Of a stretch of 37,192 bases of DNA, positions 25,286 through 37,192 are shown piece after piece (the first letter of the stretch is position 1; each line of letters starts with the position of its first letter). Both the position numbers and the translations under genes were made by a program. The stretch comes from Bigelowiella natans CCMP2755 (Eukaryota > Protista > Cercozoa): assembly GCA_000320545.1 (NCBI GenBank), contig ADNK01003423.1, positions 1 to 37,192 of the forward strand, written 5' to 3'. The notes beneath the pieces were generated by a model. It did no database searches. It saw only the letters and a program-made list of their open reading frames with translations, and was not told the origin of the DNA.

Positions 25286-25635
25286 AGAGGAGCACATGCA
25301 CATGACCGTGAGCGTGTGGGCAGGACTTCCCTATATTCACACCGCTGCGAAAATTGAGTTGCATATCGTTCCTTCTGCATGAACGGACATGCACGAGGAG
25401 CAGTTCGCTTTTGCATAAAGATGAGAAAATAGCGTATATTCTTCCAATCTAGCAATGGAAAATCACCATGAAAACGCATGCTGTCAATGTTGTTATTGTG
25501 CTGAAAAATACCGCAGTAAAGATTTGTGAGACTAGTTTAGAAGTGATTCCCTATCTTCAATATTGTTACCACAATCAGCACTGTGATCGATCGCAATAGC
25601 TAGATAGCGAAACAAGATGTTGTTAGAATTTATGC

Positions 25636-27911
25636 TCATGACCGATTTGATTTATTTGAATTATATCCCTTGGCGACAAGGCTGAGTTTGCCTGTTCTCA
25701 CCAACAATTCCAGGCAGCGAGGTAAGCTCGTTTTCAATAGAGATGGGTTTGAGCGCGCATCAACGTGCAGCAATTCTTCCAATCTCGCAAGCTGTGGAGG
25801 CAACGATTGCAAGTGATTCCGACTGACATTGATCTTTCTGAGCTTGGTTGAGTCTACAAATAGTGTCTCAGGCAATGACACAAGCTTGTTACCATCGACC
25901 GATAAATCGCGCAGATATTGCATGGACTTTCCCAAGTTATCTGGAATGGTTTTGATCTCATTGTTTGATGCGTAGAGTCGCTCAACTTCTCCTTCACTGA
26001 AAACGGGCATTTTTTTTAGAGAATTACAGCGCAGGTCAACGCGATCAAGGCCTTTCATCTCCTCGACGCTGCTTGGGAGTGAAGTCAATGCATTTTGCCA
26101 CACATTAAATGACTTCAGCCGCGAAAGCTGCCCGATAGAATCCGGTAATGATATAAGTTGATTCTTGAACAGTGTCAGCCTTTCAATCTGTCGCAATGAG
26201 CCTATGGAATCAGGTAATGATGTTATCTTATTGCATCTCACATCAAGAGCTGTCAATCCAGAGAGCCGTGTTATGGACTCTGGAAGAGTCTTTAATCGAT
26301 TTTGCGACAGCAAGAGCGTACGAAGATGCTGCTTAAGCTCCCCTATTTCTGAAGGCAAGGGAGAGATCAACAAATTGGCGGAGAGATCTAGAATCTGTAG
26401 CTTGCTTAGATTTGAGATCGCACACGGCAACTTAGTGATTTTATTCATGGATGCATAGAGCTTTTCTAACGACCGCAGCTGACAAATCACTTCCATTGCA
26501 TCAACTGCTGTATTAGAAGGTCCAGTGACTTCTCTCTCTCTCTCTCCCCCCCCCCCCCCTCCTCCTCCTCCTCCTCCTCCTCCTCCTCCTCCTCCTATAG
26601 ACGGCAATGCTCTTGTCGTCATCATGACTGTGGATGATGATTCTAAATGGTTCTTGCTCACAGATAGCCACCTTAGTTTTTCAAGATTTTGCAATGTAAC
26701 AGGCAGATATTTTAAGTTGTTGCAGCTAAGATTTAGAATCTGAAGTTGTTTGAGTTCCCCCAGGCTATCAGGAAGGGAGGAGAGGTCGTTTGTGCTTAGA
26801 TTCAAGCTGGTGAGACTGTACAATCGGCTTATTTTAGGAGAAACAGTGACAAGACGGTTGTGGTTGATTTCGAGGCTCTCCAGTTTCAGCAGATCAAACA
26901 GCTGAGACGGCAGAGCACTTCCAGAGGGATGATGATGCTGCTGCTGCTGATGATGATGATGATGGCGAGAAGGGGAGGCGGTCAAGATGGAGGGGAAATT
27001 GGAGGGGGGTGACGACGACGACGACGACGAGGATGATGATGATGATGAAAACGGTGATAAAGGAGCATTGTTATTCATGCTGCCAAGTGCGAGCACCTTG
27101 AGAGATTGTCGCAACCCTCCGAAGTCTTGTGGCAAAGACACAAGATTTGAGCGCCAACAACACAGAACACTGAGTTTGGGGAGAAAGCAAAGGCCGTCTG
27201 GCAGCGAGACAAGGGGGTTATTTCTCAAAGCAAGTTCCCTTAGGTCATTGAGTTGGCCGATCTCATCTGGAAGGGACTTCAGCTTGTTGTCGCTTAAAAG
27301 TAGCCGTCTTAAGGTAGATAACTGCCCAATCTGCTTTGGAACTCTCTCGAGGTTATTACGCTCGAAATTCAAGACTCTAAGTTGCTTGAAGGCCAAGATT
27401 CCTAGTGGCATTGAAGTTCTAGGCTCACCCCAAGAAAAATCCAAAGTTGTCCTCCTTTCAGTCACAATTTGCCACACCTTCCTTACGAGTGACCGTGCGC
27501 TTTGCATCGCTGTGCCTGCAAATTTGTCTTCGTCGTCGTCGTCGTCATCGTCGTCGTTGTCCATGATAAAGTCGCGATCTTCCTCGCCATCATTTCTCAC
27601 TATCTTCTTCTCTTGCCTCTGCTGGAAGATAAGGATATTTTGGCCTTTATTCTCTCCCCTCCTATCCCCCCCCCTCCTCCTCTTTACAAGAATAGAGGAC
27701 ACACACGCTTCCAAGCCGACAGAATTGGAAGCATGGGAACCATCGACGGGGCTATCGTTCCACGGAGCAGTATAGGTATTGAATCTTGCTAAAGCACCAA
27801 GAGCTTTCATCGTCTGCATCGCTGTGGTAGACGATATACCCCCTGATCTCTTTAACCTCTGTAGTATTTTCAGTGATGAAACTAGGGACGGAACAACACG
27901 TTCCCTCCAGA

Positions 27912-27946
<35 letters not shown>

Positions 27947-30900
27947 TTACTACTACAACAAGAAGTAGACGATGAAGGCGATGAAGAAGGAGGAGGGGAA
28001 GATCGTTTCTCCTGCATCATTTGATACGACAGCAGGTGACTATGTGGTGGGGATACTCGTCGTTTTTCCTCGCCCTCCCCCTTTCTTGCTGCTGCTTCTT
28101 CTTTTTCTTTTTCTTCTTCTTGTTGTTTTTGTTGTTGTTCTTCTGATACTTGTGGTGGATCTTCTCCTTTCACGTTGTTTAGCAGCGTCGGCGTAGTATT
28201 CTTCCCCATTTTCAATGCTACCACCTTTTGCCCCTCCTCCTCCTCCTCCTCCTCCTTCTCCTCCTGATCATAGCTTGGATTGCTGCCAATAGTAGTAGTA
28301 GTATTGAATTTCTCGTCATAGGTGCTATCATGATGTATATAGCCTTCATTTTCCTTGCCATTCTCCAAGTATACGTCGTTTACAAGACATTTGTTGGCCT
28401 TCTTCAAAATAGCTTCCAGTAGAGCCCATTCCATGATATCCATGTGCTTGCACCGCACACTAAGAAGAGGTCGGCGACTGCTGCTGTCATCATTTTGGCC
28501 ACCATCGTCGTCATCATCATGTGGGGGCGGCCTCGTGCTGCTACCTGCAAATTTCCTTTTTTGAGTAGAAAAGGGGGGGGGGGGAGGAGAATTCTGCGCG
28601 ATATTATTGATACTTATTGTATCAGTAGTAGTTGTTGTAGTAGCAGCAGGTAATGGTTGCTTAAGAGGAGGACTATGGAAGAAGTCTTGAGGTGTGAGCT
28701 CCACACGGTTTGCATGATAATTGCGATTCAATACAAGCCTTCCCCAGGTTAAGATCTTGTGTCTCCAACAGGAAGGGCTGATCGCCACCACCCCACTGGC
28801 AGAGAAGGCATGCGAGAGAACAAGATGTAGGTGCCTCCTGGCTGTGGTCATAGGATTCAGAAACGAGCTCACCACCGGAGAAACCGATGTAATGCGGTAG
28901 CTTCTTTGTTTACGATGATGAATATTACTGCTACTACTACTGCTACTTCGTGGGTCCTCCATCCACCAATACTTGGAGCTCTGAAGAAACGTGGTATTCC
29001 ATGTAAACACTGGCGGATTGAAGAATCGAGCAAAGTGGACCTAGTATCATCAGTCAGTTCCGTAAGTTATTATTGTGGTAAGAAGCTGCTCGATGTTTGT
29101 ACGTTTCACTTATTCAGTAATCAATACATGAATCATCAACTGGGGTCATTATCCCTCTATTTTGCCAGGAGGGCGGATGGGAGATATGTAGTGTAAAAAG
29201 CAGCAGCATATACAACATGAGCATGCCGCAAAAGTCACAACAAATAGCAATGCGATCATGTTCCCGGGATAATTAGGAAAAACAACGTTGTCTGCGAGAT
29301 TGGTGTTCCATATTAAAACTGTTATGATTATGATTATGATTATTATAATATATCTGTCGTACGTGAGCATCATCGTCATCATGATCATCATGTACCTGGA
29401 GAGAGCGCATACGCATGAAATCTGCATAGTACGGTTTAATAGTGTTGCCTCCGACCTTCTCCCCCCCCCAGATGTTTGCCATAAACTCGACGTAACTATC
29501 AGGATGTAGCTGGGTGAATTCAATTGAGGCAGTTCTTCTTAGAAAGCAGACGAAATCGAGGTACTGCCCTGCATGCGACATAGAGAACAGCCATTGAGAT
29601 AAGGCCACATTATCATGCCTGTGTCCCGCACTTAAAGCACCACCACCAGCAGCAGCCGCTTCAGCATTATCATCAGTAGATTCTTTGCCCTTCTTCTTCT
29701 TCTTCTCTGCATTCTCTCCTGGCGCTTCGTGATGTTTCTCCTCCTTTAACGATGATGACTGGTGTTGCTGCTGCTGCCGATTGCTGCTGCTGCTGCTACT
29801 ACTACTACTACTACTACTATGATCCTTTTGATGAGTATTATAAAGATATAAGTAGCCATGCTCCGACACAAGATCGCATGTGGTGGTGGTGGTAGATGGT
29901 TTTCCTTCTAATTCCTCCTCGTCCTCCTCATCCTCTCCCTGCTGCTGCTGTTTTATAACAGTGTTACTTCTTCTTTGTATCATCATGGGAGAGAACCCAA
30001 AGCTCTTTTGTAAGTCTTCTTCTATAGAGTTCCAAAGCATTTGAGTCATCTGCTTCATTTTACTCTTCCTCTCCTGCCCCCCGTTGATATCCCCCTTTCC
30101 ACCGATGCTAGCGCCTTGTCCCTGTGGTTTCGCTGTTACGTCGCTGCGCGTATTGCATGCGGTAAGAACGTTCAGAAAGTGAGCTAATGCCATGGGTAAG
30201 TCGTGGATAGAACATGCACGCAGTACATCTCTCTTGAGGAGATGTTTTATGCTTCTCGCGACCATTTCTGCAGCGATACGGCTGCGTAGTAGCAGCAGTT
30301 TGGCCCTTCTCACGTGTGCAACTGAGCACCGCACATCGTCCAGCAGCATCTCCTCGTCGACAACGCCGCTAGTATTACCATTATTATTATTATTATTATT
30401 ATTGTTATTATTATTTGGTTTTCTTTTCTTCTTTTTCTTCTTCTTCTTGACTTTCATAATATTGCGAATTGCTTTTGTCTTTGGCATCAATGAGGCAGCT
30501 GTCATCGTTGTTTCCTGTTGTTTCCCCTCATCATTTTCCTCATGCTGGTGGTGGTGGTGGTGGTGGTTTGCTACTGCTATAGCCTTCTGTAGCACTAAGT
30601 TGAGGTGTCTAAGAGGGAGACCCTCCTGATGACACATCGAAGAAACATCGATGTTATCCGGAAACTTTGGGTGAAGGAGGTCATCAACGTGTGACTGCAG
30701 CTTGTTAAGGTTAAACTCATCGACTGGTATCATCATACGACCGAAGCTTCTCTCCACCATCGTAGTGCACATCAAGCGCGTTGCTATCTTCAAATTCTTT
30801 TGATGTCTCTCGTCCTGAAACGTGCCCCATCCTGCATAGCAAGGGAAAGGAGGAAAAGGAAGAAGAAGAAGAAGAAGAAGAAGAAGAGAGACGCACACCT

Positions 30901-31254
30901 TATCTTTTAAGGACCTTCATATTGATCATCATCTTCACCATCATCATTATACCGTCATTATCGTCATCATCATCGTTAATAAATCTTACCAGAACATGAA
31001 TCGGATGACAAAGCTGGTAGTCCGCTTGCTTTAAGGATCTTGAGAGTCTCTGGGCGCATGAGGCGGAAGAACACCCCAGAACGAACATGTGGTAAGTGCT
31101 TTCGTGTTTCTTCAAAATGCTCAGGGGGGGCCCATCGAGCAAGATCCAGCAAATCTATTTATGATGATATGTATATTATATCACAACAGCTTACTACTAC
31201 CAAGCCATCGCTACTGCTACTACTATTTCTACTACTACATTGTAGTAGTTTCCT

Positions 31255-31286
<32 letters not shown>

Positions 31287-31589
31287 TTCTTCTTCTTCCT
31301 CTGTCATCTCGGAGTGCGGTCTCCTCCTCCTCCTCCCCCTCCTTGCATGCATTGTACGATAGCGCTAATCACCCTTCATTCTACTGCTAGAAACATTTAT
31401 TTCTCTCCTCCTGCTGTTTAACTGTACCAGCAACAACAACAACAACAACAACAACTTCGTCTCTTCTTTAATTGCTATTGAGAACGACTCACAATATCTC
31501 CCCTTGTCTCTACTGCTGCCTGTGCTGCTGTTTAGTTTGTTATCATCCAGTACGATGTGCCTGATTTTTGTTGTTGTTGTTAATGATGG

Positions 31590-31621
<32 letters not shown>

Positions 31622-31752
31622 GTAATAGATGGGGGAGGAGGAGGAGGAGGAAGAGAAAAGTCATAGGATATAGTACAGATAGTTGCCATAACACTTACTA
31701 GAACAATAGTACTCACACACACACACACTCACACACACACACACACACACAC

Positions 31753-31793
<41 letters not shown>

Positions 31794-31978
31794 TTGAAAG
31801 CTTTGTTGTGTATGATGCCCCTCTCCCTCCCTCCTCTCTGAAATGATCATATGAGTAGTAGATAATAACCATCATCAACTACTGAATCGAACATCACATA
31901 TTATCGATGCTGCTTATTGTTTTTCTTCTACTCCTTGTTTCACTCTATTTCTTATTACTTCTCTTCTTCTTCGGACGT

Positions 31979-32014
<36 letters not shown>

Positions 32015-32372
32015 AACCCTTCCACATCGCCTCCTGTGCACAGCTTAACGTTCTGAACCCTGTGTTCTGCAAGGTGGAGGGCCTTCCCAGCTTTCTTCAT
32101 AAGGTCACTAAAGCGTTTATCCGAGTTGTGGACGATGCGCCCTCCATTTTTTGAACCTTGCCAACAACAATAATAATAATAATAATCATCATCATCATCA
32201 TCTACAACAATATTTTCATTGTTTTTGTTAGTGTGAAAACACCGTAAATCAGCCTCGATTTTGTCCCTCCAATGGGCAGAATTGGCATTGCGACAATTCC
32301 TACGTCGTGCAGACAAAACAAAGCAAAATAACCACCTAAGCTTTGATGTCAAGGCTTGTGAGTTGGGCATAT

Positions 32373-32410
<38 letters not shown>

Positions 32411-32641
32411 GGTGTGTCCATAAACATAAAGCAAATTATCAAAAACATCCTAGTTCGTTGCATCATCATCATCATCATCAGCTTCCTCGTTGTTGTTGTT
32501 GTTGTTGTTGTTTCCACATCATCACGTACAGGATTAGATTGTGTGTGCATGCTCGTCATCGTTGTTGCTATTGTTATTACGAAATCCACGGTAGTCCAAA
32601 ACCATCTGCCAGGGGACCTATTTATGGCAGTATGGGTCACA

Positions 32642-32693
<52 letters not shown>

Positions 32694-33064
32694 AAGTATT
32701 CAACTTCCAACCACTAGTACAACAACAACTACAACGACGGCGACGACTGCTGCTGCTGCTACTACTACTACTACTACTACTACAACCTGAATCGGTATGT
32801 TCTCCTTAAGGAATAAGCTGTTATTATGAGCATATAAGGAGTGAGTAATGATGGTGACAGTGATATTGATGATGATAACTTGATATTGATTGTGTACGAA
32901 GAGGGGCATAAACTATATGATGCCTTTCCATACCGTGTAGAAGGAATTAGCGCCATGTAGCTCACGGGCTGTTGCTTTAGCTGCACGATCAAGATCCTGC
33001 AAAATCAATGCCATTGATATGCCGTTGATGATGGAGAAGAGTTTGTAGAATAGCGACAGCGCTC

Positions 33065-33099
<35 letters not shown>

Positions 33100-34577
33100 T
33101 AGCAGCAGCAAATATGTAACAACACTATGAGGAAGCTGCTGCTTTCGAGCACTACAGCAACGTAATGGATTGTGAATAATCGCCATTATTGATCGCCACC
33201 CTTCGTTATTAAAGAGGTTGGTTGTTGTAGATTATCGCCATATCAATGAACAATACCGGGCAGTTGTTGTCCCCATATAAAAAGATAGCAGCTTTCTTTC
33301 CTAAGATCACATAATCGCAATAATCGTATGTGAATGTTACGAAGACGACTGAAAGGGCGTGTTGCTGCTAGCCTCACCATCTGATAATCTTTTTTCTCCT
33401 ATACTTGGGTCGGTGGACAACTTGAAGAAGAATCCTCCTGCAATGACTGTCACAGCAGCAGCATAAAAATAATCAAATATTCAACAAAGCTAGTGAGAAG
33501 AGGACGATGCACAGAGAGGCAATAGCACACCTTCTATGCATTGGGATGGAGAAGTTAAACGAAACTCATTCTTCTATACAACATAAGTGCTATTACCATC
33601 TAAGAGATAAGAGCTAGATTACTACTACTAATACTACTACTACTACTACTTCTACTACTGCTCTACTACTACCGCTGCTACCACTCCAGCACTCTAGCAT
33701 TCTAGCACTCTAGCACTCACATTTCGTTCCTCCAGCAAGCCCAGATGTATCACAGGGAGGATATTTTTTCTTCTTCTTCCTCTTCTTCTCCTTCTTTCTG
33801 CTAATTATCGTCGCATTCGTTGTATCTTTTCTCTCCTTAGCGGTGGGAACAGAATGCGTGCTGGAGGCAGTTTCCCCCTCCCCTTCACAGCTGCTGCTCA
33901 ACGTTGCCTTTTGCGCCATACGGATACTTGCCGCTTGTGCGACGACTGAAGCGAATAACATGGATGATAATTAGTAACTGTGAGCTTGAGACTGCTGTGT
34001 AGTAATACAACCAACAAACAAATGTTGCTATTGCATCCGAAAAGCTTCATTAAAAGTCAATGATGATTATTCACTCACAGTTGTTGGAAAAAATTTTCCA
34101 TTCCTGGTGGTTTTCATCGATTATCTCTCGGGCAATCTTCGTGACCCTCTCCTCCATCTTCTCCCTCATCTTGAACAGAAGTTCCAGCTTCCCTTCATAC
34201 CCCTGGCAATTTCGCAGATCTACGTGTCCCTGTGCCCATCGACAATTGTATTCATCATCATCGTCACGATGGTCATCGTTATCCTCCTCCTCCTCCTCCT
34301 CCTCCTCCTCCTCACTTTTCTCCTGCATGTTCTCTGTGCTCGATGATGACGACCCAACCAGGTGCTGGCTTAACAAGGAGCTGGAAAAAGGCCGTGTTAC
34401 ACCGTAAGAAGACGACTGTTGCTGTGATGGAGAATAAGAAGACTGAAATGATCTCTCCTCTTTCTGCGGCAATGGACTGTTATCATCATTTGAGCTCCAG
34501 TAGGCCCCGTAGTGATGACCATCGACGAGATCCTCCTCCCCCTTGTGACTATCATTCTGCTTCCCCTGTTGCTGCAT
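25636..34577 (-). CDS. CLU (clustered-mitochondria-like) domain + C-terminal leucine-rich repeat protein
   Basis: 5' micro-exons give CLU-type motifs: GLAGGTK, GFFFKLSTDP, AAKATARELHGANSF, VPWQMVLDYR, IVAMPILP...IYGSKNGGRIVH...LHLAEHRV...GGDVEG, DLARWAPPE...FFRLMRPE...LSSDSCSGWG. The exon at ~29396-30832 has HQEGLPLRHL and EMVARSIKHLL (CLU central region). A phase-0 splice joins it to exon 29040-25636, which has many LxxLxLxxNxLxxLPxxI repeats. Confidence 0.85.
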
Positions 34578-34993
34578 ATGTGCCGATAGTGATGGGATGG
34601 TGATGATGATGACTCAACTAGCTTCAACAGCACATTCTTGCATTTGAAGTGGGAGGCAGATTGTCGTAGAAGCAGAGCAGGAGTACCACTAACCCCCTCC
34701 CCTCCCTCAACTTAGCACACATTTAGGAGCGCACGATTAGAGCACTTGTTGGATCATCATCCATTTTTTAACTTAAATCGCATGTGTTTTTACGGTGCGA
34801 CAATGAAAAACAACAGTAATAATCTATGATAATACAGGTAATCGGAACAATCTCCAAACGATTTCTTGCTCCCTCCCCCAAGTGAGGCAAGGATCTCTTC
34901 CTTCCTCACACCCACAAGCACGGGCACTCTAATTCGTCTACCACCAAAAGCAGTATAGAAGCGGATAATTTCAGATTGATACCTCAGACAAAC

Positions 34994-37192
34994 ATGGCGC
35001 CTTCGCCTTTCTCGCTCTCCCCCTCCCCCTCCTCACTCGCGGGCATCTTGTGCTGTTATCTTGGTGTATTCGGAACATGCCAGTTGTTTTTAATGCAGCA
35101 CGCTAATGCACAGAGGTATCATTCTTTGAAACTGTAACACACGTTGTTTGTTCCATAAACGACCGATCATCATAATTCCCTCCCAATCAAACAGATTCGC
35201 CATGAAAGACGTACGCGAAATATTTGACCCAAAACCTGTCGCGGGTGAGGACGGCGGCAGCACAAAGGTCGGTTCCTTCGTCGGCACAGCTTGGACATCA
35301 TTCCACCCTTATTTGTCCAAATGTTCACGCCTGGTCATGGTTTCCGGTTGACAAATCAGGAAAGAACTTCTCGTAATAATAATAATAACATTGGGAACGA
35401 CGTCGTGAGGCCCAATGGATTTAAAGTACGTGGTAGTAGTAGTGGTAGTAGCAGTGCAGCAGCAAAGCAGCAGTTATGTGGTGTCGGTTGATGATATTGA
35501 TCGTGAAATCATTCGTGTATTATGCATCATGATACGTAAATCTTTATCTTTACCCTCTCCTGTGTATCCTCATATTTTATAATTACATGCCATGTTCTGC
35601 CAACAGATTATGGTTGATGCTCGATTCGAAGAGTTAATGGAAGTAAGTAGAGTGGGTGGGAGAAAGAAGAACAATAGATTTTCCTTTTCTATTACATTGA
35701 AATGCGAAAATTTATATATATATATATATATATGAAGTGCTCTCCCCCCCCCTTCCCTCTTTCGTCCGAAAATATAATTAAATTCCATCTTCCCCCAACC
35801 GGGGGAATGGTGTGTGTAGCTATGTGTAGCTATTCATATTGACTAATTGGGTAGTTACGTGAGTCATTAAACATATACATAAACAACAACAACTATAAAA
35901 GGCGTGTGTGGATGGGGACCTGGAAATGATACAAAAGATTCTCAAGGAACGGCCTCATTCAATAAATCACCGGTGTGTATCTGTGAGCAACTAAGTCATA
36001 CGACAAACAATTGCTCCCTCTTCCCCATTTAGACAACTCAAGCTTTACAATTGAGCTGCGTTCAGCAAATATGTCAATACGCACGAGCAGCATATCTTTT
36101 CCTCACTTTTGATCCCAATGATACTCCTCAGAGTGCTGCTGCTGATAATGATGATATTACCTATCACCCATCATTTTAAACATATATATACTAATATTGC
36201 TGCTACTGCTGCTCTTAGTACTTGGTGTTATAATCGTGTTCTTCTTTTTCTTCTTCTTCTTCAGATCTGTAGTGATGCCTCTCCACGCTGCAGTCCAGCA
36301 TAGAAGGTGCGTGCTATAATTATTAGCAGCACACGCAAACAACGATCTAGTGAGTGATGATGGATATATCATCCTATGAGCTTTGAGTGTTATAATAGCA
36401 ATGATAATAATATGTAATAATACGACGGTGTGTTAATTATGTTTATAATATACTGCCCACGAAGTAGTCATCCGTTACTACAAATATACTGGTTGGGATA
36501 AAGGCCATTCACATCAGCATCAGTGATGATATATTGTTGTTTAGGAAGAATGTTGTAGTGTGGTTATTGGAGCATGGGGCAAATGTCAATGCAAGGTGGT
36601 GGTGCTCACTGGCTATCTGTATGTGTGCGTACGCGTGCGCGCGCGCTCGTGTGTGTGTGTGTGTGGAAGAGAAAGAGGGGAAGAGACCACGATGGCTAAG
36701 TGAGAATGTATGGCTGCTTCTTCCTCTTCTTTTTCTTCTTCTTCTTCCTCACAAATTTTAGGACTGAAGATGGCTCTACGGCTCTTGCTCTTGCCGCGTA
36801 ATAATAATAATTAGAATGATAATGATGATGATGATACAGCATCATAGTCGCACATACTTCCTATGGTTCTGTGCGTATATCATCACAACACACACACACA
36901 CACACACACACAGACACACACACACATACACACACACCACAACTACTTTTAGGTACAATGGAGATCTTGAAATGGTGAAGATGCTCATTGAGAGGGGGGC
37001 GGTAATATTATGTACCTACATTCCTCCTCTTCTACCCCCTCCTTCCTCGCATGATCTCCTCCTCCTCCTCCCCCTCCTCCTCCTCCTCCTCCCCCTCTCC
37101 TTATTCAACTAAGCTATTGCCTTTCCTCTTCTACTTTTCGTTGTTTTTGTTTGTGTTCTCGGTTTTTGCTCTTTCTCTACTTGCCTTATATT
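34994..37192 (+). CDS. Ankyrin-repeat protein with a signal-peptide-like N-terminus; 3' end runs out of the window
   Basis: Phase-consistent exons: MAPSPFSLSPSPSSLAGILCCYLGVFGTCQLFLMQHANAQR|FAMKDV...|ACVDGDLEMIQKILKERPHSINHR|SVVMPLHAAVQHRR|KNVVVWLLEHGANVNAR|TEDGSTALALAA|YNGDLEMVKMLIERGA. Confidence 0.85.

Larger units (their letters stand above)
1..37192. repeat. Pervasive microsatellites: (TA)n, (GA)n, (CA)n, (TAG)n, (GAT)n, (CTT)n, (CCT)n, (CAA)n, poly-G/C
   Basis: Directly visible in most introns and in low-complexity coding segments; essentially absent from 13050-15950. Confidence 0.98.

Noticed and set aside
26165-30629. + strand ORFs, e.g. 26987..27775 (262 aa) and 30192..30629
   Set aside because: Antisense shadows of the CLU-LRR coding exons.

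Overview
Eukaryotic (protist-type) genomic DNA, gene-dense, with many short GT-AG introns filled with microsatellites. Six intron-containing genes could be assembled by hand. (1) A + strand BIRC6/BRUCE-like E2 ubiquitin-conjugating protein (<160-~13036). (2) A + strand type II membrane protein of an uncharacterised family (16373-18902). (3) A - strand PPR protein (19995-~22932). (4) A small + strand multi-TM protein missed by the ORF track (23328-24580). (5) A large - strand CLU-domain + LRR protein (25636-~34577). (6) A + strand ankyrin-repeat protein with a signal-like N-terminus (34994->37192). Between genes 1 and 2 lies a 5'-truncated LINE retrotransposon. The most striking signal is in that element: I found no TpA dinucleotide in about 1.88 kb (13995-15877), while CpG is plentiful. 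Conserved RT Tyr/Ile/Leu codons appear converted TA->CA, TG or CG, and the few TpA left in the left flank are nearly all in CTAG. This resembles a repeat-targeted, double-stranded A:T->G:C hypermutation process, the mirror image of fungal RIP. All exon calls and dinucleotide counts were made by eye, and family assignments come from recalled motifs, not database searches.
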